Source of the DNA: Candidatus Sericytochromatia bacterium
GTDB lineage: Bacteria > Cyanobacteriota > Sericytochromatia > S15B-MN24 > VGJW01
Direction: 5' to 3'
Length of the DNA stretch: 64,000 nucleotides
NCBI GenBank assembly: GCA_035285865.1
Contig: JAYKHS010000028.1
Coordinates: forward strand, 96,001 to 160,000
The notes under the pieces are model-generated. The model had not been told where the DNA came from and made no database searches. It was given only the letters and a program-made list of their open reading frames with translations. The position numbers were made by a program, and so were the translations under genes. Shown piece by piece: positions 52,122 through 61,844 of the stretch (position 1 is its first letter; every line of letters starts with the position of its first letter).

Positions 52122-52739
52122 ATGCCGCGTCGCGAAGATCTACCGGTACTCGTCGTCTGGGGCCTCGTGCTCGTGCTCGCCGTCCGTGCCTGGACCGCTG
52201 CGCCGGGCCTTGCGCCGACCCTGCTCGTGCTCTTCCAGGGGCTCGTGCTGAGACAGTTGCTTGGCCGGGCGCCTGCCGTCTCGCGGGGCGGCGTGCGTGC
52301 CACGCTGTTCGCCTTTCTGGGTACCGCCACACCTCTGCTGTTCCGCCCCGCCCCGGTGCCATGGCCGGAACCGTGGGCTCCGGCCGTGGCCGTCCTCGCA
52401 GGCCTCGTGCAGGTGTCTGGATTGCTGCTGATGCTGGCTGCCGTCGTGGCCTTGGGACGATCATTCGGGGTACGTCCGGCCTTGCGACGCCTCGTCACCA
52501 TCGGTCCCTACGCGCGGATGCGCCATCCGCTCTATGTCGGGGAGTGGCTTTGTGCGGCTGGCCTCTGCCTCGCCCATCCTTCGGCGTGGAATCTGCTGGT
52601 CCTTCTCTGTACCGGTTGCCTGTTGGCCCTGCGGGCGTGGCTCGAGGAGCGGGTGCTCGCGGCCGATTCGGCGTGGTCAGGCTATGCTCGGCGCGTGCCG
52701 GCGTGGCCTCGGCGGCTCAGGCAGCCCCCGGTGGCGTAG
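52122..52739 (+). CDS. ICMT/PEMT-family membrane methyltransferase
   Basis: LVTIGPYARMRHPLY and EERVL motifs; several TM helices. Confidence 0.8.
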   Translation: MPRREDLPVLVVWGLVLVLAVRAWTAAPGLAPTLLVLFQGLVLRQLLGRAPAVSRGGVRATLFAFLGTATPLLFRPAPVPWPEPWAPAVAVLAGLVQVSGLLLMLAAVVALGRSFGVRPALRRLVTIGPYARMRHPLYVGEWLCAAGLCLAHPSAWNLLVLLCTGCLLALRAWLEERVLAADSAWSGYARRVPAWPRRLRQPPVA

Positions 52740-52749
52740 AATCGGAGGC

Positions 52750-53928
52750 ATGGAAGAACAGGAAGAGGGCAAGGGCAAGTCCAAGGGGCCGTCCCCTGTC
52801 GAGCGCATCAAGGCCCTGCTCGAGCGTTTCCCGTTGCCCAAGGTGGACATCGGCATCATCGCCGGTGCCCTGGTCATCGCCGGTCTCTCCGCCGGGGCGT
52901 CGGTGCTGGGCGTGCGGATCTTCATGCCCGAACATCAGGTCAAGATGGCCGCCCCGGGCCACGAGGTCCAGAAGGCCCGCCGCCTCAACCCCTTCGGCCT
53001 GCAGGGTTTCACCATCGGTCCGAACGTGCCCACGTCCTTCGTCACGCATCTGGCCGATCCGCAGGTTGCGGACGATGCCTTCGTCCACCCCCAGGCCACG
53101 GTCGTCGGTGCCGTGACGATCGAACCCGAGGTCCTCGTTGCGCCACAGGCGAGCATTCGCGGGGATGAGGGGCAGGGCATCCAACTTGCTACGGCTTCGG
53201 CCGTGCTCGACGGTGCCGTCATCACCGGCCGACCCACCGAGCAGCGGGGCCTTTTCCTCGAGCGCAACACCGTCCGTGTCAACTATGTGCGCTACTCGGT
53301 GCATGTCGGTGCACGCACGACGGTGGGGGCCCACGCCGTGCTGCGCGGTCCCGTGGCCCTGGGCGAGGACGTCTGGGTCGGTCCCCAGTCCGTCGTGGAC
53401 GATGCGACCATCGGTCGGGGATGCATCCTCGAACCGCGCGTGGTCGTGCAAGGTGGCGTCCGCATCGGAGAAGGGCGCTACGTGCCCGCTGGGCGCATCG
53501 TCTCGAACCAGGCCGAAGCCGATGCCCTGCCCGCAGTCACGGCGGCCTACGCAAGGCGAGACGAGGCCGTGCGTGCCGCAGAGGTGAACCGCAGCCTGGC
53601 CTTGGCTTATGGAGCACTCTATCCGCGATCCGGCCTCGAAGCGGTCGGCCACGACGCGCACCACGGCGACGCCGAGGGGCACGGTGCCCCGGTCCACGGC
53701 TCCCCGGCCCGCCAGCCGGTCACGCCTGAACACGAGCCTGTGGGCTCAGGCCATGATGCCGGTGCGGCCGAGGCTCCACCACCGGATACCCACGGCGCCT
53801 CGGAGCAAGGCACGGGCACCGATCATGCGGCGCCCCCCCCGGGGGTCCACGAGGAACATCTGCCGGCTCAGGGGACGCCGGCGGCCGCGCATGACGAGGG
53901 CAGCGCCCACGAGGGGCACGGACCCTAG
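52750..53928 (+). CDS. Cam-like gamma-carbonic anhydrase homologue with N-terminal TM and His-rich tail, probably inactive
   Basis: GGAGG SD; hexapeptide repeats, ASIRGDEG, GRYVPAG..V.NQAEAD.LP, VNRSLA..Y. Confidence 0.8.
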   Translation: MEEQEEGKGKSKGPSPVERIKALLERFPLPKVDIGIIAGALVIAGLSAGASVLGVRIFMPEHQVKMAAPGHEVQKARRLNPFGLQGFTIGPNVPTSFVTHLADPQVADDAFVHPQATVVGAVTIEPEVLVAPQASIRGDEGQGIQLATASAVLDGAVITGRPTEQRGLFLERNTVRVNYVRYSVHVGARTTVGAHAVLRGPVALGEDVWVGPQSVVDDATIGRGCILEPRVVVQGGVRIGEGRYVPAGRIVSNQAEADALPAVTAAYARRDEAVRAAEVNRSLALAYGALYPRSGLEAVGHDAHHGDAEGHGAPVHGSPARQPVTPEHEPVGSGHDAGAAEAPPPDTHGASEQGTGTDHAAPPPGVHEEHLPAQGTPAAAHDEGSAHEGHGP

Positions 53929-54938
53929 TAGGGCATCAGGCGCCACAGTGTCCGGCCCCGGCTGCCGGCGAGGGCGCTGCCGTCCTCGAGCAGGTGCAAC
54001 CACGGCTGGACCGTGGCGAAGAGGGCGATGTCTCCTTCGAGCCAGGACTGTCCGCCGTCAAGGGTCGTGAGCAGGCCGATCCGTGACAGGATCATCCCGC
54101 GTCCCTCCGCGCCGAAGGCCATGGCCTGGGCCGTGGGCTGTCTGAGCCATCGGTCCTGGGTCGCCAGCGTCATCACGGAGTCCCAGGTATTGCCGCCGTC
54201 CATGCTCTGCAGCAGGCGATTGCCGCTGCCGATGGCCCACAGCTCCTGTCCGGCGTCATCGACGGCATGCAGGCTGACGAGGCCGCTGATCGTGCCCAGG
54301 TGTGCGAGACCGTAGGGGCCCCAGTGCATGATGCGTCTGTCGTCATGCAGCAGCACCGTCCCGTCACGAAGCACCTGCAAGTGGTCGGCCCCGGTCGTCA
54401 TGCGCGGGGTCCACGTCCGTCCGCCGTCCGTGGTGGTGATCAAGGTGCCTTCCCCGGTCAGGGCGTAGCCGCGGGACATGTCCCCGAAGCCGACGGCGAC
54501 GAGATCCTCGTCGGTTCCGGCATCCTGCAGGGTCCAACGCGCGCCGCCGTCGTCCGTTCGGAACACGACGCCCCCACGGCCGACGGCGACGGCGGTGGTC
54601 TCGCCGAGGGCGGCCACGGCCAGCAGGTCGAGGCGTCCCCGGTCCTGGATGGCCCACGTCACACCGCCGTCCTCGGTGCGCCTGAGGACAGCCCTTCCTG
54701 ACGCGGACTGGACCTTGCCGACCAGCCAGCCTCGGCCGGAGGCCTGCATGGCCACCGCTTCGAAGGCGACGCCGGGTGTCAGTTCGCGCCACCGCAGGCG
54801 TGTCGGGAAGCCTGACGCGGGGGAATCCGGGCCGGGCTGCAGGATGGAGGAGCCCGTCCGTGGCAGCGTGCCTGTCGTCTGGATCACGCAACCGCCCAGC
54901 GTCAGGGCCGCGAGGACGGGGAGCAGCAAGCGAATCAT
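53925..54938 (-). CDS. BNR/Ycf48-like beta-propeller lipoprotein
   Basis: Lipobox-like LGGC; five T/S-x-DGG-x-x-W Asp-box repeats. Confidence 0.8.
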   Translation of the reverse strand: MIRLLLPVLAALTLGGCVIQTTGTLPRTGSSILQPGPDSPASGFPTRLRWRELTPGVAFEAVAMQASGRGWLVGKVQSASGRAVLRRTEDGGVTWAIQDRGRLDLLAVAALGETTAVAVGRGGVVFRTDDGGARWTLQDAGTDEDLVAVGFGDMSRGYALTGEGTLITTTDGGRTWTPRMTTGADHLQVLRDGTVLLHDDRRIMHWGPYGLAHLGTISGLVSLHAVDDAGQELWAIGSGNRLLQSMDGGNTWDSVMTLATQDRWLRQPTAQAMAFGAEGRGMILSRIGLLTTLDGGQSWLEGDIALFATVQPWLHLLEDGSALAGSRGRTLWRLMPY

Positions 54939-54944
54939 GGCGAG

Positions 54945-56060
54945 TTACCTCGAGGAGGGGGGCAGGACGGCAGGAGTCCCTGTGTCGGAGAGGGCCCAGG
55001 CGGTGCCGTCGGGCCCGAGAGAGAAGCGGGTGTGATCGATGGCCATCCCCGCGGGAAGGGGCAGCACCCGCCAAGGGCTGTCCTCGTCCTGAATCAGGAT
55101 CTGGCCGGACTGCACGACGAGCGTTCGCGAGCCGCCCTCCTGGACCGTCGTGACGTCGCGCAGGGTAAGGAACCGATCTTCGAGCGGAATCCTGACAAGC
55201 GGCATCCACGTTCCCGAGGCGTCCCGTCGCTCGAGCGTTCTGCCGGACAGGCGGTGGCGGACCGGACCGGGCGAGGCATCGACTGTCGCGGCGGCGGCCG
55301 TTGCCCAGCGCAGGCCGTCTCCGGAGCGCTCGACTGCCCCCGACCCGTCCCGCAGCCACCAGCCATTCGGATCGTGTCCCGCTGCCACGGGCAGTCGGGA
55401 GGTCCAGGCTCCCGCGATCCAACTGCCGCCACCGTCCATGGTGCGGTCGATGCGATGGCCCGAGCCTTCGCGACGCCAGGCCAGCGCCTGCCGTGCAGAA
55501 CCCGGCACGAGCAACGCGACCTGTCCGGGATGGGGCACCCGATACCAGGTGGGTGCGCGCCCCGGGATGGGCTGGGGCGGTGCTGGGGCGAGGCTGGGGG
55601 AGGCCTCGCCGACGATGCGGAAAACGGGTTGTCCCATCGTGCTGCGTCCCTCGGCATCGATCACGAGCGTCATGGTCCCGGAGCGGGCACCGCCGGTCGG
55701 GCTGCTGACGAGAACCTGAACGAGATGCGTTCCGGCCTCGCGGGGTGGGGTCCACCACGTCCGCGTCCCCGCGGTGGCAGACAGCAGGCCCCCCGAAGCC
55801 GACCAGTGGAAGGACGGTGTTCCTGCGCGGTCGACGGCTTCGGCGACGAGCTGCCAGCGGGCCACGATTCCGCCGGTGTCACCGGGGATGGCTTCCAGAC
55901 GCTGCAGGACCGGCACGGAAACGCTTTCCGTGGGTGTGGCGGCTGCCGTCGGCGTGGCTGCGGTGCTGGCGTGGGTCGGCGCGGGTAGCGTGCGTGCCGT
56001 CACGACGGTGCATCCGGGGATCAGGAGACCCGGCAGGAGCATCGGCCAGAGCGTGCGCAT
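54945..56060 (-). CDS. Lipoprotein with Ig-like domain and BNR-like repeats
   Basis: IPGC lipobox-like; WSASGG...WTPP..G Ig/PKD-like segment; TMDGGGSW and SGDGLRW. Confidence 0.55.
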   Translation of the reverse strand: MRTLWPMLLPGLLIPGCTVVTARTLPAPTHASTAATPTAAATPTESVSVPVLQRLEAIPGDTGGIVARWQLVAEAVDRAGTPSFHWSASGGLLSATAGTRTWWTPPREAGTHLVQVLVSSPTGGARSGTMTLVIDAEGRSTMGQPVFRIVGEASPSLAPAPPQPIPGRAPTWYRVPHPGQVALLVPGSARQALAWRREGSGHRIDRTMDGGGSWIAGAWTSRLPVAAGHDPNGWWLRDGSGAVERSGDGLRWATAAAATVDASPGPVRHRLSGRTLERRDASGTWMPLVRIPLEDRFLTLRDVTTVQEGGSRTLVVQSGQILIQDEDSPWRVLPLPAGMAIDHTRFSLGPDGTAWALSDTGTPAVLPPSSR

Positions 56061-56131
56061 GCCTGATGGACGAGGGCCGGGTCGTGCAAGTTCCGTCGTT
56101 TGGTACACTGCCCCATGTGCAAGCGAGCCGG

Positions 56132-57355
56132 ATGGGGCGTGTCCTCCAGACCCGGGCCTTCCGCTGGCTCTGGCTCGGCCAGGTCTTCAGCCAGGTGCCC
56201 GACAAGGTCTATTTCGTCCTGATGCTGGAATTGGTCGGGCGGCGGACCGACCGGGACCCGACGTGGACCAGTGCCGTCCTGCTGGCCTATACCTTGCCCA
56301 CGGTGCTCTTCGGAGCGTTCGCGGGTGCGCTTGTCGACCGTTGGCACCCCGTGGTCACACAGGTCGTGTCGAACCTTCTCCGGGCCGGGTGCATCGCGCT
56401 CGTGCCTTGGGTCATGCCCGATTCGCCCTGGCCGGTGGTCATCCTGTCCTTTCTCGTGTCCACGTTCTCCCAGCCCTACTCCCCGGCGGAGGGCGCCACG
56501 ATCCCGAGGGTCGTGGCCCGTGAGGACCTGCTCGGGGCCAATGCCCTTTTTGCCGCGACGGTCATCGGGTCAATCCTCGTCGGCTTCCTGCTCGGCGAGC
56601 CGATCGTCGTCCGCCTTGTGCCGGACTCGCCCTGGATGCCGGCCTTGGCCGTGACGGCGATGTATCTCGTCTCGACGGCATTTCTCGCGCTGGTCCGCCT
56701 CCCGCCGGGGGATCCCGCGCCTGCGGCCCGAGGGGGGTCTTTGCTCGGGGACTTCCGCGAGGGGATGGCCTATCTTGTCCGCGAGGAGGCCATCCGGGGA
56801 GCCATCCTCCGACAGGTGGCCCTGTACGCGATGTTCGCGGCCGTGGCGACCCTGGCCATCCTGTATGCTCGGCAGCGATTCTCCGTGCCGTATACGTGGC
56901 TGCTCTCGTCCGCAGGTGTCGGCATGGCCGCGGGATCGTGGCTGGTCGGGCGCTGGGGAGGCGAGCGTTCCCGCTTTGCGATGATGCGCGGGGGCTTCCT
57001 CGGGGCGGGCGTGGCCCTCGCGGCCATGGCGACGTGGGTGTTCGGCGACGTACCGACCCTGCTCGGAGGCGGCATCGCCTTGCCGTGCCTGATGGCCGTG
57101 GGTGTCGGGATAGCGTCCGCCTGGGTGGCGATACCGGCCCAGACCCTGCTGCAGGAGGAAGTGCCCGATGTCCTGAGGGGCAAGGTCTTCGCGGCCCGTG
57201 ACGTGGCCACGAACCTCGCGACCTCCCTGCCCATGGGCGGCGTGGGGCCCTTGTCCGTCCAGGCTGGCCTCGCCCCGGTCCTGGCGGCGATGGGCGTGGG
57301 CATGTTCATGCTGGCTGCGTGGCCCTCTCCGCGGCGTTCCCGATCGGAGGTCTGA
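56132..57355 (+). CDS. MFS transporter
   Basis: FRWLWLGQVFSQ, AGALVDRW, PAEGATIP, RGKVF; ~12 TM helices. Confidence 0.88.
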   Translation: MGRVLQTRAFRWLWLGQVFSQVPDKVYFVLMLELVGRRTDRDPTWTSAVLLAYTLPTVLFGAFAGALVDRWHPVVTQVVSNLLRAGCIALVPWVMPDSPWPVVILSFLVSTFSQPYSPAEGATIPRVVAREDLLGANALFAATVIGSILVGFLLGEPIVVRLVPDSPWMPALAVTAMYLVSTAFLALVRLPPGDPAPAARGGSLLGDFREGMAYLVREEAIRGAILRQVALYAMFAAVATLAILYARQRFSVPYTWLLSSAGVGMAAGSWLVGRWGGERSRFAMMRGGFLGAGVALAAMATWVFGDVPTLLGGGIALPCLMAVGVGIASAWVAIPAQTLLQEEVPDVLRGKVFAARDVATNLATSLPMGGVGPLSVQAGLAPVLAAMGVGMFMLAAWPSPRRSRSEV

Positions 57356-57356
57356 C

Positions 57357-58577
57357 GTGCGCCTGCTTTACGTGGCCGACATGTACTACCCCCCCACGCT
57401 CGGGGGCAGTGCCATCGCGGTGCGGCGCCTCGCCCACGGCATGGCCGCGCGGGGCCACGAGGTCCAGGTGGTGGCACCCGGCCAGGCGCTGTTCGACATG
57501 GCCGAGAAGGATGGCCGTACCGTGGTCATCCGCTGTGGAGCCATTCCGGATCTGCGCCCCGGCATGGACCCGCGCAAGACCGGCATCCGTCTGCCCTTGC
57601 TGCCGGCCTTGGCCATCCGTCGGGCGATGGACCGCTTCCGACCGGATCTGATCCATCTGCAGGTGCCCGGTTACACGGCGGCGACCGCGGCGTTGCTCGC
57701 CCGGCTCGAGGGCATGCCGCTCGTTGCCACGTGTCATGGGATCCCGGAGAATTTCTGGGCGCCGGGCGATCGCAATCAGCCACTGTTCCAGGCTTTCGGG
57801 CGCTTCATCTGGTCGTTGATCCTCGAGAATCTCGAACGCTGCGATGCGGTGCTGGCTCCGACCCGTATCGCAGCGGACCTGCTGCGGGCCCAGGGCCTCA
57901 GGAAGGCGGCGATCCCGGTGTCGAACGGGGTGGACCTCGAGGTGTATCGCCCGCCTGCGGACGAGGCGGAGCGGCGGATGTTGCGCGAGCGGTTCGGCCT
58001 GCCGGCCGATGGGCCCGTGGTGCTGTACGCCGGCCGCTTCGCGCCCGAGAAGCGACTCGAGGTACTTTTCGATGCGATGGCGCGCATGAGGGTGAGCAGC
58101 AAGGCCACCTGGGCTTTCGTGGGCAGGGGTGTGCTCGATCCGATGGCCGAGCTCGAGCGTCGCGGCGTCGCGGTCGCGGACGTGCGCATGCTCGGTCTGC
58201 TGACGGATCAGGACATGCCGCTCATCTATCGCGCGGTCGATGTGCTGGTCCTGCCGAGCGAGGCCGAACTTCAGGGTCTGGTGCTGCTCGAGGCGGCTGC
58301 CAGCGGGTGTGCCCTGGTGGGCGCGCGTGCGCTGGCCATTCCCGAGGCCATTGCCGATGGCGAGACCGGCTTCCTGCATGAGCCAGGTGATGCCGATGGT
58401 CTTGCCGGAGCCCTCGATCGTCTGGTCCGGGATCCCGCGTTGAGGCAGCGCATGGGGCAGGCCGCGCTCGAGGCCGTGCGCATCCACGCCATCCCGGCCT
58501 GCATCGACCGGACGCTGGCAATCTATGAAGAAGTCATGGCGCGTCGGGGGGGGGCGTCTCGGTCCGCAGGCGGCTGA
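57357..58577 (+). CDS. GT4 glycosyltransferase (glycolipid synthase-like)
   Basis: DMYYP..GG, SNGVD, GRFAPEKR, ELQGLVLLEA (Ex7E). Confidence 0.9.
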   Translation: MRLLYVADMYYPPTLGGSAIAVRRLAHGMAARGHEVQVVAPGQALFDMAEKDGRTVVIRCGAIPDLRPGMDPRKTGIRLPLLPALAIRRAMDRFRPDLIHLQVPGYTAATAALLARLEGMPLVATCHGIPENFWAPGDRNQPLFQAFGRFIWSLILENLERCDAVLAPTRIAADLLRAQGLRKAAIPVSNGVDLEVYRPPADEAERRMLRERFGLPADGPVVLYAGRFAPEKRLEVLFDAMARMRVSSKATWAFVGRGVLDPMAELERRGVAVADVRMLGLLTDQDMPLIYRAVDVLVLPSEAELQGLVLLEAAASGCALVGARALAIPEAIADGETGFLHEPGDADGLAGALDRLVRDPALRQRMGQAALEAVRIHAIPACIDRTLAIYEEVMARRGGASRSAGG

Positions 58578-60249
58578 CGATTTCCGGGTCGGGCGTGACC
58601 CGGACGGTCCGGGCGTTGCGATGCAGGACCTTTCCTGGCGGCAGGCCCTTGGCCTTGCGGAGGTGACGCCGCTGGGTCACGAGGACGTTCACTCGTGTGT
58701 CCTCCCTGCCGCTCGATCGGCACGCCGCCCACGTGGCCGCCTCCGTGAGCGTGCGCTCCGGCAGAGGCTGTCCGGGTACCGGCGGACGTGCGAAGACGTG
58801 GCCCCCGGCCAAGCGATCGGCGTGAAACCACCAATCATCGGGCTGTGCCCAGTCCCGCAGCAGGGCGTCGCTTTCCTTCGGTGAGCGTCCGGCCACCAGC
58901 AGCCAGCCGTCCGAGGAGCGACCCCTGAGGCCGGGGCCACGAGGTCGCGGAGCAGGCAGCGTGCCTTCCGTCCCACGGTCCGGATCCTGAGGCGTCCCCC
59001 CGTTCGAGGCGAACTCGAGCGTGCGGCAGGCCGACTCGGCTGCAGCAAGTCTCGGCAACGTGTGACGGCGGGTGCGCTCGGCCTTGCGTATCGCGGCATA
59101 ACGCCGTGACGCCTCCGCCGAGGCCGTTGGGCCACCATCGAGTCTGACCGTGCGCGCCGTACCCTCGGCGGGGTCCTCGAGGTCCACGCTTTCGGCACCG
59201 CGTCCGAGCGCCTCGTCGACCGTGGCCACCCACGTCAGGATGAGGTCGGCCTCGTGGCGCAGACTGTCGAGATCAGGCAACTCCTCGAGGATGCGCCGCA
59301 GTTGGTCGGCTTCGGCGCGTCGCTCGCGGATCAGGTGTTCCTGCCCTTGCCGCAGGCGTTCCTGCTCCTGCTCGGCTCGCATGGCGCGTGCGGCCTCCGC
59401 CATGATCGCCTCGACGATGGGGCCGGCGGGCGTGCTTGTCCGAGGGCCGAGCCTCCAGTCGCCCGGAGTCGTTCTCTGCGGGAGGAGCCTGCCGGCCTCC
59501 GCCTCCCGGCGCAGCAGTGCCAGATGGTTGCCGAGGCGGAGCCAGTCGTCCGGCACCAGGCGACTTGCCGGAAGATCCGGGGGAATATCTGCCTCAGCTG
59601 TTCGCTCGCGGGCATCCTGTCGGGACAACCCCTGGACGAGCGCAGGCAGGGCCTCGGCGATCGGCAGGTCCGGCAGGGGGCTGTCCCCGGGCAGCGTTGC
59701 CCCGGGGACGACACTGCCGGGGCGAACGGGTGGCAGGGCGTACGGCAGGCCCGGCAGGATGCGCCGGACGCGGCTCAAGTGCCCGGGTACCCGCCGATCG
59801 GCCTCCACGACGATGTCGGTCGCATCGGTCAGCACGATGTTGCCGTGGCGTCCCGTCATCTCGACATGGAGGCGCCACGTCCGCAGGTCCCCGAGGACGT
59901 CACGGCCCCTGAACGTCAGCGTGAGCATGCGCTCCCCGCCAGGCTGGGCGACTTCCTCGAGCGTGGCGCCTGTCAGGTGGCGCCTGAGTGCACCAAGGAA
60001 GGCATCCGCTTCGCCCCCGTCCTTCGGCTCGGGCGTGTCGCTTCGGTCCACGAGCGTGACCCTGGCGATCCGTCCGGCGGCACAGAGGACCAGGATGGCC
60101 TGTCGCGGTTTCAGCCTGAGGACCAGATGGCCGGGCCCGAGACGACGCACCCGGTCGACCCGAAGTCCCAGTCCTCGTTCCCGCAGGTCGGCCGCCAGAG
60201 CCGTGACGGCGAGGCCGTCCAGCGGGCGGGGGGCCCTACTCGAGGACAC
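58534..60249 (-). CDS. rqcH: RqcH/FbpA (NFACT) ribosome quality-control protein
   Basis: N-terminal LDGL, ERMLTL, EMTGRHGNIVL, ILPGLPY; C-terminal GRSPKESD, WFH....GGHV (NFACT-R). Confidence 0.8.
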   Translation of the reverse strand: MSSSRAPRPLDGLAVTALAADLRERGLGLRVDRVRRLGPGHLVLRLKPRQAILVLCAAGRIARVTLVDRSDTPEPKDGGEADAFLGALRRHLTGATLEEVAQPGGERMLTLTFRGRDVLGDLRTWRLHVEMTGRHGNIVLTDATDIVVEADRRVPGHLSRVRRILPGLPYALPPVRPGSVVPGATLPGDSPLPDLPIAEALPALVQGLSRQDARERTAEADIPPDLPASRLVPDDWLRLGNHLALLRREAEAGRLLPQRTTPGDWRLGPRTSTPAGPIVEAIMAEAARAMRAEQEQERLRQGQEHLIRERRAEADQLRRILEELPDLDSLRHEADLILTWVATVDEALGRGAESVDLEDPAEGTARTVRLDGGPTASAEASRRYAAIRKAERTRRHTLPRLAAAESACRTLEFASNGGTPQDPDRGTEGTLPAPRPRGPGLRGRSSDGWLLVAGRSPKESDALLRDWAQPDDWWFHADRLAGGHVFARPPVPGQPLPERTLTEAATWAACRSSGREDTRVNVLVTQRRHLRKAKGLPPGKVLHRNARTVRVTPDPEIVSRLRTETPPPDAP

Positions 60250-60595
60250 GCTCCAGCGTCCGGAGCACGTCCTCGGCCTGGAAGGGCTTGCCGATGAAGG
60301 CTGCTGCACCTCCGGCCAGACAACGATGGATGATCTCGTCCTGCACCTGGGAACTGCAGACGATGACCCGGGCAGAGGGGTCCCGGCCACGGATGGTGGC
60401 CAGAGCCGTCTCGCCATCCATCATCGGCATCGCAAGGTCGAGGGTAAGGATGTCAGGCCTGTGCGTCACCCACGCGTCTACCCCGCTGACTCCGTCTCCG
60501 GCTTCGGCCAGCACCTGGTGGCCGGCTCGCGAGACGATGTCCCTCAGCATGCGCCGCATGAATGAGGAGTCGTCGACGATGACGAGGGTCGCCAT
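60236..60595 (-). CDS. cheY: Single-domain response regulator (CheY-like)
   Basis: IVDDSSFMR, PDILTLDLAMPMMDG, FIGKPF; Bacillus/Thermotoga-type CheY pattern. Confidence 0.8.
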   Translation of the reverse strand: MATLVIVDDSSFMRRMLRDIVSRAGHQVLAEAGDGVSGVDAWVTHRPDILTLDLAMPMMDGETALATIRGRDPSARVIVCSSQVQDEIIHRCLAGGAAAFIGKPFQAEDVLRTLERVLE

Positions 60596-60618
60596 GTCCC
60601 GATTGTGCGCCTCCGGAC

Positions 60619-61533
60619 TCAGGCGCGCAACCTGAGGGCACCGGGCAGGACACCAAAGGTCGCCGGTGTCGTCCCCAGCACCTCGCCGTCGGCCTCGAGC
60701 GGCATGCGCACGGCACTGCTGACCTTCACGGTCGCGCCCATCATGACCTCGACGCGCGGGTGCAGCAGGTGCTGGCCCCGCAACAGCGCCAGCAGCAAGG
60801 AAGGCAGGTGCCACGCCGGCAAGGCACCCAGCAGCGCGATGTCGAGTTGGCCATCATCGGCAAGCGCCTGGGGCATGACGGGCAACCCGCCACCGAAGGC
60901 TCGGCCGTTGGCGATGACAATCTCCGACAGCGGCAGGGCACGCGTCCATGTATCGTCGACCTCGACCACGGCGTGGTCGGCAACCAGCTGGCTCCACGAG
61001 GCAAGGGTCGCCAGGACGTAGCTGGCCTTGCCCCAGCGTTTGCCGGTCCGCGCCAGCCGATCCGCGACCCGAGCCCCGAGACCGATCTCCGCCACGTTCA
61101 GGAAGGCGCGTTCGCACCATTCGCCATCCTCGCCCACGCAGCGGACCCAGCCGACATCGACGTTGCGGACGGGGACGCTGAGCAATCGGGCCACAGGATC
61201 CCCTGCAGCCCCCTCGAAGGGCAGGGCCTCAAGCGTGTCGTTCGCAGTACCGAGTGGCAACCAGGACAGGATACCTGCGCCGCTGGTCTGCCTGCCGTCC
61301 GTGAAACAGCCCTGCAGGGCCTCGTGCAGGGTGCCGTCCCCCCCGACGACAAGGACCTCGGGTGCCCCCTCGCGAAATGCCTCGCGTACCCCGCGCGCGA
61401 TGGCACCCGGGGCCGAGGCCACGTGGGCGTGGCACGTCCATCCGGCGGCGCGGAGCCGAGGTTCCATCCGATGCCATAGCTCGCGGGCCCGATGGTTGGC
61501 CGCGGCAGGATTGATGAAGGTGGGGAGGGTCAT
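60619..61533 (-). CDS. Diacylglycerol/lipid kinase family (YegS/BmrU)
   Basis: INPAA, GGDGTLHE, PLGTAND, NGRAFGGG, ADGE. Confidence 0.9.
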   Translation of the reverse strand: MTLPTFINPAAANHRARELWHRMEPRLRAAGWTCHAHVASAPGAIARGVREAFREGAPEVLVVGGDGTLHEALQGCFTDGRQTSGAGILSWLPLGTANDTLEALPFEGAAGDPVARLLSVPVRNVDVGWVRCVGEDGEWCERAFLNVAEIGLGARVADRLARTGKRWGKASYVLATLASWSQLVADHAVVEVDDTWTRALPLSEIVIANGRAFGGGLPVMPQALADDGQLDIALLGALPAWHLPSLLLALLRGQHLLHPRVEVMMGATVKVSSAVRMPLEADGEVLGTTPATFGVLPGALRLRA

Positions 61534-61844
61534 GGCGGATTTGTGAAAAATATTTCTTCAGACACGCAAGGTTGCGGAAAGATAAGACTATATTAACCTC
61601 AAGTTAAAGCCCCAGCGCACCGGGTCTACCGGGCCGAACAGGAACGTTTCCCCCGTGATCAAGTCTTCCGCACACGTTTACCACCCCGCTCGTCGTGGCC
61701 TGTCGATGACCTATTCCTACACCCGGCCGCTGGCCGTCCCCACCCGGGCCGCCGTGACGACCCCGCTCGATCCCGCCGTGCTCCAGTCCGATTGGCGCTC
61801 CAACCTGGGCCGTCTGGTCCACGGTGCGGCCCGGCGTCTGGGCT

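Noticed and set aside
52750..53928. Carboxysome protein CcmM
   Set aside because: No RbcS-like repeats, an N-terminal TM helix is present, and no shell or RuBisCO genes are in the window.
53925..54938. Photosystem II assembly factor Ycf48
   Set aside because: Only generic Asp-box/BNR repeats are seen, and there are no psb genes nearby.
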